Shown piece after piece: positions 1 to 9,510 of a DNA stretch of 64,000 bases (positions within the stretch are counted from its first letter, which is position 1; the number at the start of each line of letters is the position of its first letter). The DNA is from a virus, in the IMG/VR virus record IMGVR_UViG_3300033182_001206, positions 6,408 to 70,407 of that record; one strand, 5' to 3'. Position numbers and translations under genes: made by a program. The notes under the pieces are model-generated. The model did not search any database and was not told the origin of the DNA. It was given only the letters and a program-made list of their open reading frames with translations.

Positions 1-2
1 CA

Positions 3-803
3 CCAGGTGCCGGTGGAGACATGTTCAGCATGTTGGCTGGTAGTACCAGCAAAGGCACATTTGGTTTTGGCAAAAGCAGTGTAAACAAACGACAACAACG
101 GCTGGTAGCCAGTGGATTGAACCTGCCAGACAAGCGTATGATTTCTGGTATACAGTTTGCCGCTGAACACTTTACACGTATTCCTGTTATGCAGAACTAT
201 ATACAGACTATGCTGATCAGTGCTGTGGGTTTGAGCATGTATGCCAATAGAGATCATCTTCAAACAAAAACGAAGTTCTGGGACGCATTGGCAAATTCAC
301 ACACCATATGGGCAGCAGGACACCCCGGCGGAAACATGCTGGAGCATCACAATCGCAGTTGGGTATCAGCATGGCGACAGGGTGTTGAGTCAATTGGTTG
401 GAGTTATTTGCCTGTGCATGTGGTGTGCAACAGCTATGACAGTTTTCTATGGACCTGTTGTATTGCGCACAGTGCAAGGTTAGCGGATCAAACACATGAA
501 ACAGTTGAACCATTTATTGCCAAACAAGCACACTGGATAGACACTGCCAGAAGAACTGTAGAAGCAGATACACTGCAAATTGATTTTGTACAGCTGGTAT
601 TGGACAATAAACCAGACGAACTGCTGGCATGGATAAAACAAAATATAAATCAAGACATCAATGAATCAGTGTATTATGAAATATTTGAAAACTACAGAGA
701 CATGCGCTATCAACATTTTTTGGACTGGAAAGAAAAGTTTGCAGACCGTCTTGACTTTTGGAAAGAAAACTATTATAATAAAATTTCAAACCCGAAAGGA
801 TAA
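3..803 (+). CDS. Sulfotransferase-like/P-loop protein, 5'-truncated by the window edge
   Basis: Frame is open from nt 3 (PGAGGDMFSML), resembling a PAPS/P-loop segment; the ORF-track Met at 21 is probably internal. Confidence 0.45.
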   Translation, partial: PGAGGDMFSMLAGSTSKGTFGFGKSSVNKRQQRLVASGLNLPDKRMISGIQFAAEHFTRIPVMQNYIQTMLISAVGLSMYANRDHLQTKTKFWDALANSHTIWAAGHPGGNMLEHHNRSWVSAWRQGVESIGWSYLPVHVVCNSYDSFLWTCCIAHSARLADQTHETVEPFIAKQAHWIDTARRTVEADTLQIDFVQLVLDNKPDELLAWIKQNINQDINESVYYEIFENYRDMRYQHFLDWKEKFADRLDFWKENYYNKISNPKG

Positions 804-809
804 TTACAC

Positions 810-1967
810 ATGGGCGACTTGAAATGGAGCGAGTATGACTTTACTAAAACGCCGTATGAAGATATTGTACGTGTGGGTCAGCGCACTATGCTTTATCGCG
901 ATATGTTTACAGTTAGTTGGCTACTTGGTAGATTCTGCAACTACAGATGCAGTTACTGCTGGCCCTATGCAAGAAGCGACCGTAAAGACCATCGTCCTAC
1001 CGAGCTCTGCTTGCATACAGTGGATGATATCAAACGTCAAGCCCGAGAGCGAGGTTTCAATTCTTTTCACTTCTCCTTGTCAGGAGGAGAACCTACATTC
1101 CATCCTGGATACTTGGACATCTTGGCTCACTTGGCAGCAGATGTAAACAACACAAACTATACCAGTGTGCACATGACCAGCAACATGAGTCGACCAATGA
1201 AATGGTTTGAAACCTATGTTGATCACAGTGCAAAGTTTCATAGAGCAAGTATCACAGCAAGTTTGCACACAGAACACCTAAATACACAAGAGAAGATGCA
1301 AGGGTTTGCAGACAAACTGATCTTCTGTCAGGAGCATGATGTACAAGTTACAATCAATATGGTCATGGTTCCGGAATGGTTTGACAGAGACTGGGAAAAC
1401 GCACTGTTCTTCCATGAACAGGGAATTAATGTTACTCTCAAGCCCCAAAGCGATCCAACGGCCTCCCGTGTTGTGGATGGGTATACTGACGAAATGCTGG
1501 CACGTATGCGCAACGGAATGCCGCAACGAGGATTCACAGAAATCAAAAACAAATACGTGACTAGACCCAAGCCTACATTCCACAAAGTACCGGATCCTAT
1601 TTACAGCAACTTTGATGCAGACGATGTGCCGCAGCACTTTCAAGTTGAATTCAAAGACAGCAAGCACAAAGAATATTACATGGATCAAGCAGAACGCTTC
1701 AATGCATTCAACTTCAATCAATTTGAAGGCTGGGAGTGCAGCAGCGGAATGCGCAGCATCATTATACGTGAACCAGACGGCAGTGTCAAGCGCAGTTACA
1801 GTTGTAATGATGAACCGTTGGGCAATATCGAAACAGGGTTTGAACTGTTCAAAAAGCCCACAGTGTGCACAACCAAAAGCTGTGTAAGCAGCGCAGACAG
1901 CAAAATACCAAAGCGCCGTGCAGGCACAAAACTTCCGCTATTTCCCGGAGATGAATCATACAAATGA
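810..1967 (+). CDS. Radical SAM protein with C-terminal twitch/SPASM-like region
   Basis: CNYRCSYC (CxxxCxxC), SGGEPT, C-terminal WECSSG..DGSVKRSYSC..LGNI..CTTKSC. Confidence 0.92.
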   Translation: MGDLKWSEYDFTKTPYEDIVRVGQRTMLYRDMFTVSWLLGRFCNYRCSYCWPYARSDRKDHRPTELCLHTVDDIKRQARERGFNSFHFSLSGGEPTFHPGYLDILAHLAADVNNTNYTSVHMTSNMSRPMKWFETYVDHSAKFHRASITASLHTEHLNTQEKMQGFADKLIFCQEHDVQVTINMVMVPEWFDRDWENALFFHEQGINVTLKPQSDPTASRVVDGYTDEMLARMRNGMPQRGFTEIKNKYVTRPKPTFHKVPDPIYSNFDADDVPQHFQVEFKDSKHKEYYMDQAERFNAFNFNQFEGWECSSGMRSIIIREPDGSVKRSYSCNDEPLGNIETGFELFKKPTVCTTKSCVSSADSKIPKRRAGTKLPLFPGDESYK

Positions 1968-2227
1968 GAAGATTTATTAGGAGTGCCCAGCGCAAGGAAA
2001 TCAGCGGCACAGTTTATTATCACGAAAAAGAATGGGACATTGAAGAACAGTTTGCATGGTGGCCCGTATTACTGACCAATGGAAGCTGGTGTGTTTGGAA
2101 AAAATATTACATTGTAACAATTGATAGAAATGTAGATGCTAGACACAGATGGATAGATGTGCAAAAACTTTCGTATGATGAATATTTTTGGAAAGTGATG
2201 AGCGGTGAAATTCCTCAATCTAAATGA
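1964..2227 (+). CDS. Hypothetical protein (87 aa)
   Basis: ATGA start/stop coupling with upstream gene; fills the gap; FAWWPV..W.W motif. Confidence 0.7.
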   Translation: MRRFIRSAQRKEISGTVYYHEKEWDIEEQFAWWPVLLTNGSWCVWKKYYIVTIDRNVDARHRWIDVQKLSYDEYFWKVMSGEIPQSK

Positions 2228-3542
2228 CGATTTTGACCTATTGCTGGCAGACAGTGTAGAACTGTGGCACTGGGGCAAAGCCAACATGGATTGGCACGAA
2301 GTGTTTGAATCCTGTCGTGAAGGTGTGTTTCCACAAGACATCAGAGGACGTTTTGCATTTTACTATCGTGATCAACACAATGTGTTCATGTGTGTAAATC
2401 ATGTAGCAGAAAAACCACTGTACTACACAGAGGATCGTTGTTTTGCATATCTCAACCGCTGGGTGTTGGATACAGAATTAGAAAAAAATGATGCTGTACA
2501 TGAAGCACAACTGGGACTGTTGGGATTCTGTTACACCATTGGCGAGCACACTCCGTACGAACAAATACGCAGAGTAAAACCCGAACACTACTATCACAAT
2601 GGTGTGCAATATCGTTACAGTGATGTGAGCAGACCACGTGGCTATATTTGGGACGACGAGCTGTATAGACATTTGTTGAACAGCAGTCTTGAGCGTGAAC
2701 TTGCAACACAGATGCAGGCCAGCATGCTGTTCAGCAGTGGCAGAGACAGTGCAGTGATTGCCAGTGCACTTGCCCAAACACGATTGAATAGAAAAGTAGA
2801 TTTCTACACAATATATCATGAATCAGGCACACACAATGAAGTAGACGATGCTATGTCAAATGCATATCAGCTGGACATTGCACCAGTTGAACTACGTGCA
2901 AATATAACCAGACCGTTGGATGCAGGATATGAATTCAACGACAGTGCATGGCATGTGAAGTATCAAACACTCAGCAGATACAACATCGACGGCTTGATCA
3001 TCACTGGAGAAGTAGGAAACTGCATGAGCTATGGTGAAACTGGCAAACGTCTAAACTATTTCACCAACTGCTATGGAAAGATCAAACCAGAAGAAATTGC
3101 CAGCATGATCTGTTCTCATGTGGAAAACTTCAAACAAACCTGTACAAACACCAGCACATTTTCAGATCAGTTTCTACGTGACTCAGTGCATGCACCTATA
3201 GCTTGGCAAATGATTGTGGACGATGTAGCTGATGATTTGAACAGATGGGGATTTCATTACAGCAAAGATCTTGATTACAAACGCAACTGTATCATCAATG
3301 CAGGCAGTTTGCATCACAAGGTATTTAGACTGAGAGGATATTCACAGGACACTGGTAGACAGTATTTTCATCCGTTGGCAGACTACTATGTAATGGAATA
3401 CACATTGGGACTCAACTGGTTTGAACGTGAACAGCATGACACTGCCAAATGGTATTATCAACGTGCATATCAACAGAGCGGACCTTTTGCTATTGCTGCA
3501 TGGAACAACAATGTCAGAGGATTGGGTATAAAATGTCAATAA
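2205..3542 (+). CDS. Asparagine synthetase (AsnB)-like ATP pyrophosphatase/amide ligase lacking the N-terminal Cys
   Basis: RGRFAFYYRD..EKPLYY, PP-loop FSSGRDSAVIA, TGEVGN, HPLAD. Confidence 0.75.
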   Translation: MKFLNLNDDFDLLLADSVELWHWGKANMDWHEVFESCREGVFPQDIRGRFAFYYRDQHNVFMCVNHVAEKPLYYTEDRCFAYLNRWVLDTELEKNDAVHEAQLGLLGFCYTIGEHTPYEQIRRVKPEHYYHNGVQYRYSDVSRPRGYIWDDELYRHLLNSSLERELATQMQASMLFSSGRDSAVIASALAQTRLNRKVDFYTIYHESGTHNEVDDAMSNAYQLDIAPVELRANITRPLDAGYEFNDSAWHVKYQTLSRYNIDGLIITGEVGNCMSYGETGKRLNYFTNCYGKIKPEEIASMICSHVENFKQTCTNTSTFSDQFLRDSVHAPIAWQMIVDDVADDLNRWGFHYSKDLDYKRNCIINAGSLHHKVFRLRGYSQDTGRQYFHPLADYYVMEYTLGLNWFEREQHDTAKWYYQRAYQQSGPFAIAAWNNNVRGLGIKCQ

Positions 3543-4003
3543 GATGGACTGTGCCCAGTAAGAATTTTGTACTGCTGGGATCGCACACACAAGCACAAAC
3601 GTTTTTGGAAACAGTGTATCCGTATTATCCGGACTGTCTTGTACTCACTGCGGATAAAACCTATCCAGTGTTGGAAGATGCATACAACGATGCTTGGCAA
3701 CTGTGGCTCAATGATAGAAAGTTGCGCATTGCAGTGTTTGGTAAAAACCATTTTGATACTTGTCCTGCACCAGCCACAGATCATATCTGTGTTATGGACA
3801 TGCTGATGAGTCATGCAGAAGTAGGACGCTACACAGATTACAACAAACAGAGTAGAATAAAATTTGAACCTGCACATGTGGCCATGCTGTTGGATCATTT
3901 CTTTTCACAGCGCGGTAACAAACCAGGTTACAGTGCAGGCGGTGGACAACAGCGTCAACGATACAAAAAGAGCAAGCGGTCATGGACAAAAAATTTATTG
4001 TAG
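3533..4003 (+). CDS. Hypothetical protein
   Basis: ORF 3449-4003; ATG 3533 (MSIRWTV) preferred because it overlaps the upstream stop. Confidence 0.6.
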   Translation: MSIRWTVPSKNFVLLGSHTQAQTFLETVYPYYPDCLVLTADKTYPVLEDAYNDAWQLWLNDRKLRIAVFGKNHFDTCPAPATDHICVMDMLMSHAEVGRYTDYNKQSRIKFEPAHVAMLLDHFFSQRGNKPGYSAGGGQQRQRYKKSKRSWTKNLL

Positions 4004-4623
4004 AAAACTATCAACCCATGCTTGAACATTTCAAGAGACTGGTTGATCCAGATATGAAACACGGTCCGGAAAAATACATTGAGTACTACGGACAATACTA
4101 TTGGGAAAAACTGTTGCTGATTGAATGTGCAGATCTCAAACCTCACAGCGAATGCTTGGATATCAGCACTGGTGTTGGACTGTTGCCATTGATGTTGCGC
4201 AGTCAAGGACACAGTTGCGATGCTACAGAAGCTGCGGGCGAGTATAACATTGACAGCAAAGACAACACTGAAGCATATGCACTGTACAGAAAAATGAACG
4301 GTGTGAACACTACAGAATTCAGCATACTGCGCAACGGCACTTGGCGTGGAGAATTGCCCAATAAAAAATACGATGTGATATTCAGCAGTAGAATTGTATG
4401 GGACAGAGGATTTGGCATTGAACAGTATCATCGTTTGTTTGATTATCTTTTTGAACACACAGATCGATTGGTGTTGAATTTCAATCATTATTGGCATCCA
4501 GATACAACACCCAAAAAACCTCATCTACAATGGTTGTACAAGCATGCCGCTGATATACAAAACGTAACTGGAATGAATTGTGTGTTCGATAAATACACAT
4601 ATCAAAAAGAGGAAAGCCAATGA
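3982..4623 (+). CDS. Class I SAM-dependent methyltransferase
   Basis: Motif I CLDISTGVGLL; KYDVIFS post-motif. Confidence 0.8.
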   Translation: MDKKFIVENYQPMLEHFKRLVDPDMKHGPEKYIEYYGQYYWEKLLLIECADLKPHSECLDISTGVGLLPLMLRSQGHSCDATEAAGEYNIDSKDNTEAYALYRKMNGVNTTEFSILRNGTWRGELPNKKYDVIFSSRIVWDRGFGIEQYHRLFDYLFEHTDRLVLNFNHYWHPDTTPKKPHLQWLYKHAADIQNVTGMNCVFDKYTYQKEESQ

Positions 4624-4928
4624 GTGTAACATATTACAGAAAATTCTTAGGAGTTGGACCATATGCAACAAGAGAAGCATACCTTGCTGATCTAGATCCA
4701 GACAACAACTGGCTAAACTTTGCCAATGCACAGGTTACGGCTGGAAATATCACTAGTTATGATTACAAACTTGCTGTGGCACAAAATGCAATATATGGCG
4801 CATGTACTTGTCCAAGTGATGCTGCATGGGATGCAATGTTGATTGCTGAAGCAAGTGCAGGATTCAATTTCAAGAACCAGTTCAACGCTATCACAGTAAC
4901 CGAAGCAGAATACACAGCAGGCGCATGA
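4620..4928 (+). CDS. Hypothetical Ala/Asn/Thr-rich small protein (102 aa)
   Basis: ATGA coupling on both sides; GAGGA SD upstream. Confidence 0.7.
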   Translation: MSVTYYRKFLGVGPYATREAYLADLDPDNNWLNFANAQVTAGNITSYDYKLAVAQNAIYGACTCPSDAAWDAMLIAEASAGFNFKNQFNAITVTEAEYTAGA

Positions 4929-5683
4929 CCTACGGATCAAAAATTAGAACACTGTTGTTGACAAACTTTGTGCTTGCTGCATACACTGTGTACTACTGTG
5001 TTTCTTATGAACAGTATTGGATCTTGTGGACAGGGATTGCGTGGGCAGTTTTCAGCATAGGTGTAGGCACGTTTGGCGGATGGCACAGATACTGGAGTCA
5101 TCGCAGCTATGAAACAGGACCTATACGTGAAAACATCATGACATGGTTGGGCATGCTGAGTCTAACTGGTGCTCCTATTACTGTGGTTGCAATGCACAGA
5201 TACCATCATGCCAACAGCGACCAAGCAGTAGATCCGCACAGTCCGCAAAATGTGCCTTGGTACAAACTGATACTGGGCTACTATCAAACTTTTGAAACTT
5301 CACCAAGAATTGTGCGTGATGTGATACGCAACAAACAAATGAAGTTTGTGCAAAAGAACTTTTTCAAGCTGTATACCGGCGGGTTGATTGTTGCTGCACT
5401 GTTACATCCTGTGCTTGCAGGTGTGTTGTTTTCATTTCCATGCGTGTACTGCTACATTGCAGGCATAGGTGGCAATGCTATAATGAATCATATATTTGGC
5501 TGGCAAGATCATGACAGCAAAGACAACAGTAAAAACAATGTGCTGTTGGCCATATTGAGTTTAGGCGAAGGTTGGCACAACAATCATCACTATCGTGCCA
5601 GCAGATACACCACCAGTGAAGCATGGTGGCAAATAGATCCAGTGGGTTTATGGATAAAATACTGTTGGGCTACTAAGGTTTAG
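4925..5683 (+). CDS. Membrane fatty-acid (delta-9-like) desaturase
   Basis: Three His boxes HRYWSH, HRYHH, HNNHH; hydrophobic segments; GEGWHNNHH..WWQID. Confidence 0.93.
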   Translation: MTYGSKIRTLLLTNFVLAAYTVYYCVSYEQYWILWTGIAWAVFSIGVGTFGGWHRYWSHRSYETGPIRENIMTWLGMLSLTGAPITVVAMHRYHHANSDQAVDPHSPQNVPWYKLILGYYQTFETSPRIVRDVIRNKQMKFVQKNFFKLYTGGLIVAALLHPVLAGVLFSFPCVYCYIAGIGGNAIMNHIFGWQDHDSKDNSKNNVLLAILSLGEGWHNNHHYRASRYTTSEAWWQIDPVGLWIKYCWATKV

Positions 5684-6638
5684 TAGGACACATCTGTTCA
5701 ATTTCATACTTGCTGGGACTTTTGTGTGGATAATCATAATTTTTTTCATCCCAATATTGACCCAAGTAGTGTTGACTGTTTTCAATCCACTGGTTCATAC
5801 GCTGTGCAATATTGTAATGGCTTTTGATACCCGGACGTCTACAGTCTCTGGCTAGGTCAACTACCCAAGTAAATGGTTCTTGCAAGTATGTGATATTTTT
5901 ACGAGGACGCAATCTTCGTATCCAAAGATGTCTCCACATGCGACTGGGCTCCCATGCAAACAACACAGGCACTCCTAAACTGTCCAGTGCATCTAAAAAC
6001 GTTTCCGTATACTGTCTATTGTTTTCCATGTACATTGCAGCCATAGCACGGCGCCAATATTCTGCATCATTTCTGTGTCTGTTTTGTTCAAACAAATGCA
6101 GATACATGTAGTCTGCTTCAGTGAAAAAACGTGGATTGCTGATAATAATGTGTGTGGGATTGTATTCAGTTGCCCAGTGTTTGATAGGTTCCCACATGTT
6201 TACAAGACTGTGATACGGCGATAGGTTTATGTGCTTGCCGTGTGTCAAACTGGTATGACACAGTTCATATGGTATGCCCATTCCAAATGTACTACACTGT
6301 CCTGCATGCAATACACGTGTGTCTGCACGAACATCACTGGGTCTATGATTGCTGCGAAATCCGTTGCGATCCAATAGATAATGCACTTCTTCTCTAGTCC
6401 ACACACGGTCTTGTACAACATGGTCCAGTTTGTAATCCATGCCCATGCAGCCTATCCAGCCCTGTTCTTCATGCTGCTGAAAATAATATTCGTTGTCGCC
6501 GCCATACCATCGACTGTCCCACATGGGTTCCAGTGGCTGCTCTGGATAATAATCTTCAAAGTCTAGGTCAGTGTGGTTAGCACTCTGCTCAAATAGTTCT
6601 TTTTCTAAAAAGTATTGTTGATAATCTTTTCTATCCAT
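5673..6638 (-). CDS. SGNH/GDSL-hydrolase-like protein, probably lacking the catalytic His
   Basis: NGFRS..GQCSTFGMG..INL..DLARDCRRPG (family position DxxHPG has Arg). Confidence 0.55.
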   Translation of the reverse strand: MDRKDYQQYFLEKELFEQSANHTDLDFEDYYPEQPLEPMWDSRWYGGDNEYYFQQHEEQGWIGCMGMDYKLDHVVQDRVWTREEVHYLLDRNGFRSNHRPSDVRADTRVLHAGQCSTFGMGIPYELCHTSLTHGKHINLSPYHSLVNMWEPIKHWATEYNPTHIIISNPRFFTEADYMYLHLFEQNRHRNDAEYWRRAMAAMYMENNRQYTETFLDALDSLGVPVLFAWEPSRMWRHLWIRRLRPRKNITYLQEPFTWVVDLARDCRRPGIKSHYNIAQRMNQWIENSQHYLGQYWDEKNYDYPHKSPSKYEIEQMCPTKP

Positions 6639-7174
6639 TATAGTTCCGCTACGGCATAACAGTTTGCATCGCTGGTATCAGTGCCAAAAAATTCACTACG
6701 CTGTTCAAATCCTGCTGCGGTATATGCACGTAAACTTTCTTTACGTGGCATGGTCCACACTGTGTTGCAGTTTTCCAATCTTGCTTTTATCAACAAACGG
6801 CGCAGCAGCATTTGTGCAATACCGTTGCCTCTATATTCTTGTTTTACATACAGTCCTCTGCTGCGATATACGTTTTCTGCTGTACGATGTCCACTGTTAC
6901 AACCAATCAATTCCAAGTTGTCAGTGTCTCGTTCTTTTATATACACAGCCCAAAATGTAGGCTCATACTTTTCATATATGGTCATATCAATGTTTTTAGC
7001 ATCTGTCATACTGCTCATTGGACGAATATCCTGTCTACCCGGCCATAGATATCTACTCCACATGTCGTGTACAGCTTCAAAGCTGGTTTCTATGATTTCT
7101 AATTGACCGCAATCACGACAGAATTCGCTGCCATATTCCATACAGTCGTTGCATCTAGGATCATGTGTTAGCAC
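6638..7174 (-). CDS. GNAT acetyltransferase with N-terminal CxxC-x7-CxxC
   Basis: RSRGLYVKQEYRGNGIAQMLL (motif A), YTAAGF; GTG 7174 with GGAG SD preferred (ORF track 7192). Confidence 0.85.
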   Translation of the reverse strand: MLTHDPRCNDCMEYGSEFCRDCGQLEIIETSFEAVHDMWSRYLWPGRQDIRPMSSMTDAKNIDMTIYEKYEPTFWAVYIKERDTDNLELIGCNSGHRTAENVYRSRGLYVKQEYRGNGIAQMLLRRLLIKARLENCNTVWTMPRKESLRAYTAAGFEQRSEFFGTDTSDANCYAVAEL

Positions 7175-7808
7175 GTTTCCATCTCCAAACAATCATTGGA
7201 CGAACCAATGTATCACCTTTTGCCAGACTCATTGCAATACCTGGATCTCTTGTGGCCACTTGATGTTGTATTGCCAAATCCTCTTCATCCATCAGAGCAG
7301 TATCTGTGTATCCAATTTCCAAATCAGTTGGAGCAAAACCGTATTTTTTACCCCAGTAGTTTATGGTATCTGTGGTCCAATCAAGTTCACTGTTTTCAGG
7401 ATGCACATGGCATACCACTGTACCAGTATCACTAACCAAATAAGCAAAAGCTGCCATCAATTTTTGTACCCAAGCTGAGCCACCGTAGTTGAGAGGCCCA
7501 AAACACAATACCCAATCTGCTGCACCTTCTTGAAATACACAATTGCGCCGGAACGTGTCAATGTCCTGTACAATGTCTACACCAGGCAAGTCGGCAACAT
7601 CAACACCAATTACATTTGGACACACTGATTTGAATTCATTGCTGCCGCAACCCAAATCAATTACCAAATCAGGATTGCTAGCAGTGATTTCTTCGGCAAG
7701 TGCACGACCGCTCAATTGACGATACAGTGCAAGATTGCGCTTGGCTACCTCATGTGGTGCTTCAAATCTTTCTTTCAGTTGTTCACAGCGTTCCAAGTAT
7801 GTGGTCAT
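7161..7808 (-). CDS. Class I SAM methyltransferase (paralog family A, copy 1)
   Basis: VIDLGCGSNEFK, CFGPLNYG; ATGA-coupled start at 7808. Confidence 0.85.
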   Translation of the reverse strand: MTTYLERCEQLKERFEAPHEVAKRNLALYRQLSGRALAEEITASNPDLVIDLGCGSNEFKSVCPNVIGVDVADLPGVDIVQDIDTFRRNCVFQEGAADWVLCFGPLNYGGSAWVQKLMAAFAYLVSDTGTVVCHVHPENSELDWTTDTINYWGKKYGFAPTDLEIGYTDTALMDEEDLAIQHQVATRDPGIAMSLAKGDTLVRPMIVWRWKRANT

Positions 7809-8755
7809 GCAGGTTTTCTCCACCACCAGTTGTAACGAGGGCGTACACCATCGTGCATGTGTCTATCATAACGACTGTCTTTGAGTCTGCGCCAGTATTC
7901 GTTTTGCACTTTGATGTGTGCATCTTTGAGACCTTCTTGGTATTCCAGAGGATCCCACATGTCACTGTTGTCATGTTCTCTGTCCAACCATTTGTTGAAT
8001 TCGTCAATGGGTGTGTCGTCTGGATTGAAACGCACCATGTAGTCTTCCAGCTGTGGCCAACTCAACTGACGTAGGTCTGTCCATTCAGTGATAATTGGCG
8101 AACCATGTGTGCTCTGTTCGACCCATCCGGGCACACTCAAATGCGGATCGCACAGTTCCCAACCAAACTGTTCAGTAAAATCATGTACTGCTTGACGTGT
8201 CCAAGGATAGTGAATAATACCACGACTGTTGAATCCTGTGGCATCGCTTTTACGACCCGGACGTGCATGTCCGCATACAAGTCCTCCGGGTTTTAGTTTA
8301 CGATAGCACAATCCAATCAAGTGTTCTTGTTCCTCTTGTGTGCCAAAATTGAATGGTCCTACACAGCGTATGGCGTCCACTGTGTTGTCTTGGAACAATT
8401 CCAGTGCATCATCGACATCCATTACCAGATCAACTCTGCCTTCGTATGGCAACAAGTCAATACCAATCAATCCCTTGATATGTTCTTTGAACAAACTGAA
8501 TCCACATCCTAAATCCAACACAAGATCTGGATCCAGTGCATTGATTACTTTTGCTGCTGGAAATCCTGAACCTGTTTTGGTGTGCGATGTGGTTCTGATA
8601 ATGTCACTGTGTCCAGTGCTAAAGTGATTGCGCAACTGTTCAAGTCGCATGTGTCTTGGCCAATTGGCCACTTCTTCAGGATCAAACTTGTTTTTCAGTT
8701 GGCTGAATGTGTTCATGTATCTTTCTGCTTGTTCAGCGTTTGCTTGTTCATTCAT
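7805..8755 (-). CDS. Class I SAM methyltransferase (family A, copy 2)
   Basis: VLDLGCGFSLFK, CVGPFNFG. Confidence 0.85.
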   Translation of the reverse strand: MNEQANAEQAERYMNTFSQLKNKFDPEEVANWPRHMRLEQLRNHFSTGHSDIIRTTSHTKTGSGFPAAKVINALDPDLVLDLGCGFSLFKEHIKGLIGIDLLPYEGRVDLVMDVDDALELFQDNTVDAIRCVGPFNFGTQEEQEHLIGLCYRKLKPGGLVCGHARPGRKSDATGFNSRGIIHYPWTRQAVHDFTEQFGWELCDPHLSVPGWVEQSTHGSPIITEWTDLRQLSWPQLEDYMVRFNPDDTPIDEFNKWLDREHDNSDMWDPLEYQEGLKDAHIKVQNEYWRRLKDSRYDRHMHDGVRPRYNWWWRKPA

Positions 8756-9510
8756 TTTGATAATCTATCCTCTAGGTATCTTGTGTTTATGTTTAGCCCA
8801 TCAAACAGTTGGGGTATTAGTTCTTGATATGGTTTTTGTGCTCGGTGGAGAGCTGCAACCAGTTCATTGTAATTCTCGCAATCCTGTTCCCAATTTTTTT
8901 CTTGGTATGTGAGTTTTGGACGAACACGTGTTTGTTGCAAAGGGTAAACATCGCTGATGTTCAACCAATTTGCCAGTTCAAGCGGATCAGTGGGCATTCC
9001 TTCATAGCATACTACTTCATCGTATACAACATCATCGCTGATGATTCCAGTGTAAATCAATTGTTCAATATAACTTTGGCACAGTTTGACAAAATGAGCA
9101 ACTGGTATTCGATAACGTTTACGGTCTAGTTTCAGTGCATGTCCTGTTTGTATTGCATTACTTATTGATCTATAAATTTGGTTGCTGCGAAACACAAATA
9201 TATTATAATCAAAAAGGTCAACATAGTCTTTCCACATATCCGGATGCTGATGTTTTAGACACCAGCCGTGTTCGTGATGATGTTTTACCATAGCACGTGG
9301 CTGGTCTTGTACTTCGTCGTGTATAAATTCCAATCGCATCATTCTACGGCGTATGTCTATTGGCGGCTTTCCAACTAAATTACTGTCGTCGTCGCTCCAA
9401 TGCAACGGTTCATCAAACATAGCTTCTGGACCTAATGCATATACGTCAGCCAGTGTATGCATCAAGTATGTGGTTCCGCATCTAGGAAATCCCCAAGAAT
9501 GTATTCTCAT
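8752..9510 (-). CDS. Sulfotransferase-like protein
   Basis: N-terminal PSB loop GFPRCGTTYL, DEPL, YNIFVFRSN, YEGMPTDP. Confidence 0.7.
   Translation of the reverse strand: MRIHSWGFPRCGTTYLMHTLADVYALGPEAMFDEPLHWSDDDSNLVGKPPIDIRRRMMRLEFIHDEVQDQPRAMVKHHHEHGWCLKHQHPDMWKDYVDLFDYNIFVFRSNQIYRSISNAIQTGHALKLDRKRYRIPVAHFVKLCQSYIEQLIYTGIISDDVVYDEVVCYEGMPTDPLELANWLNISDVYPLQQTRVRPKLTYQEKNWEQDCENYNELVAALHRAQKPYQELIPQLFDGLNINTRYLEDRLSK

Noticed and set aside
810-3542. 7-deazaguanine DNA modification (QueE/QueC)
   Set aside because: The PP-loop protein has AsnB architecture without the QueC Zn-Cys motif; no FolE, QueD or DpdA in the window
810-4928. Lasso-peptide/RiPP cluster (AsnB-like cyclase plus radical SAM plus small ORFs)
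   Set aside because: No transglutaminase-like leader peptidase, PqqD/RRE domain, transporter or precursor with leader/core features is visible
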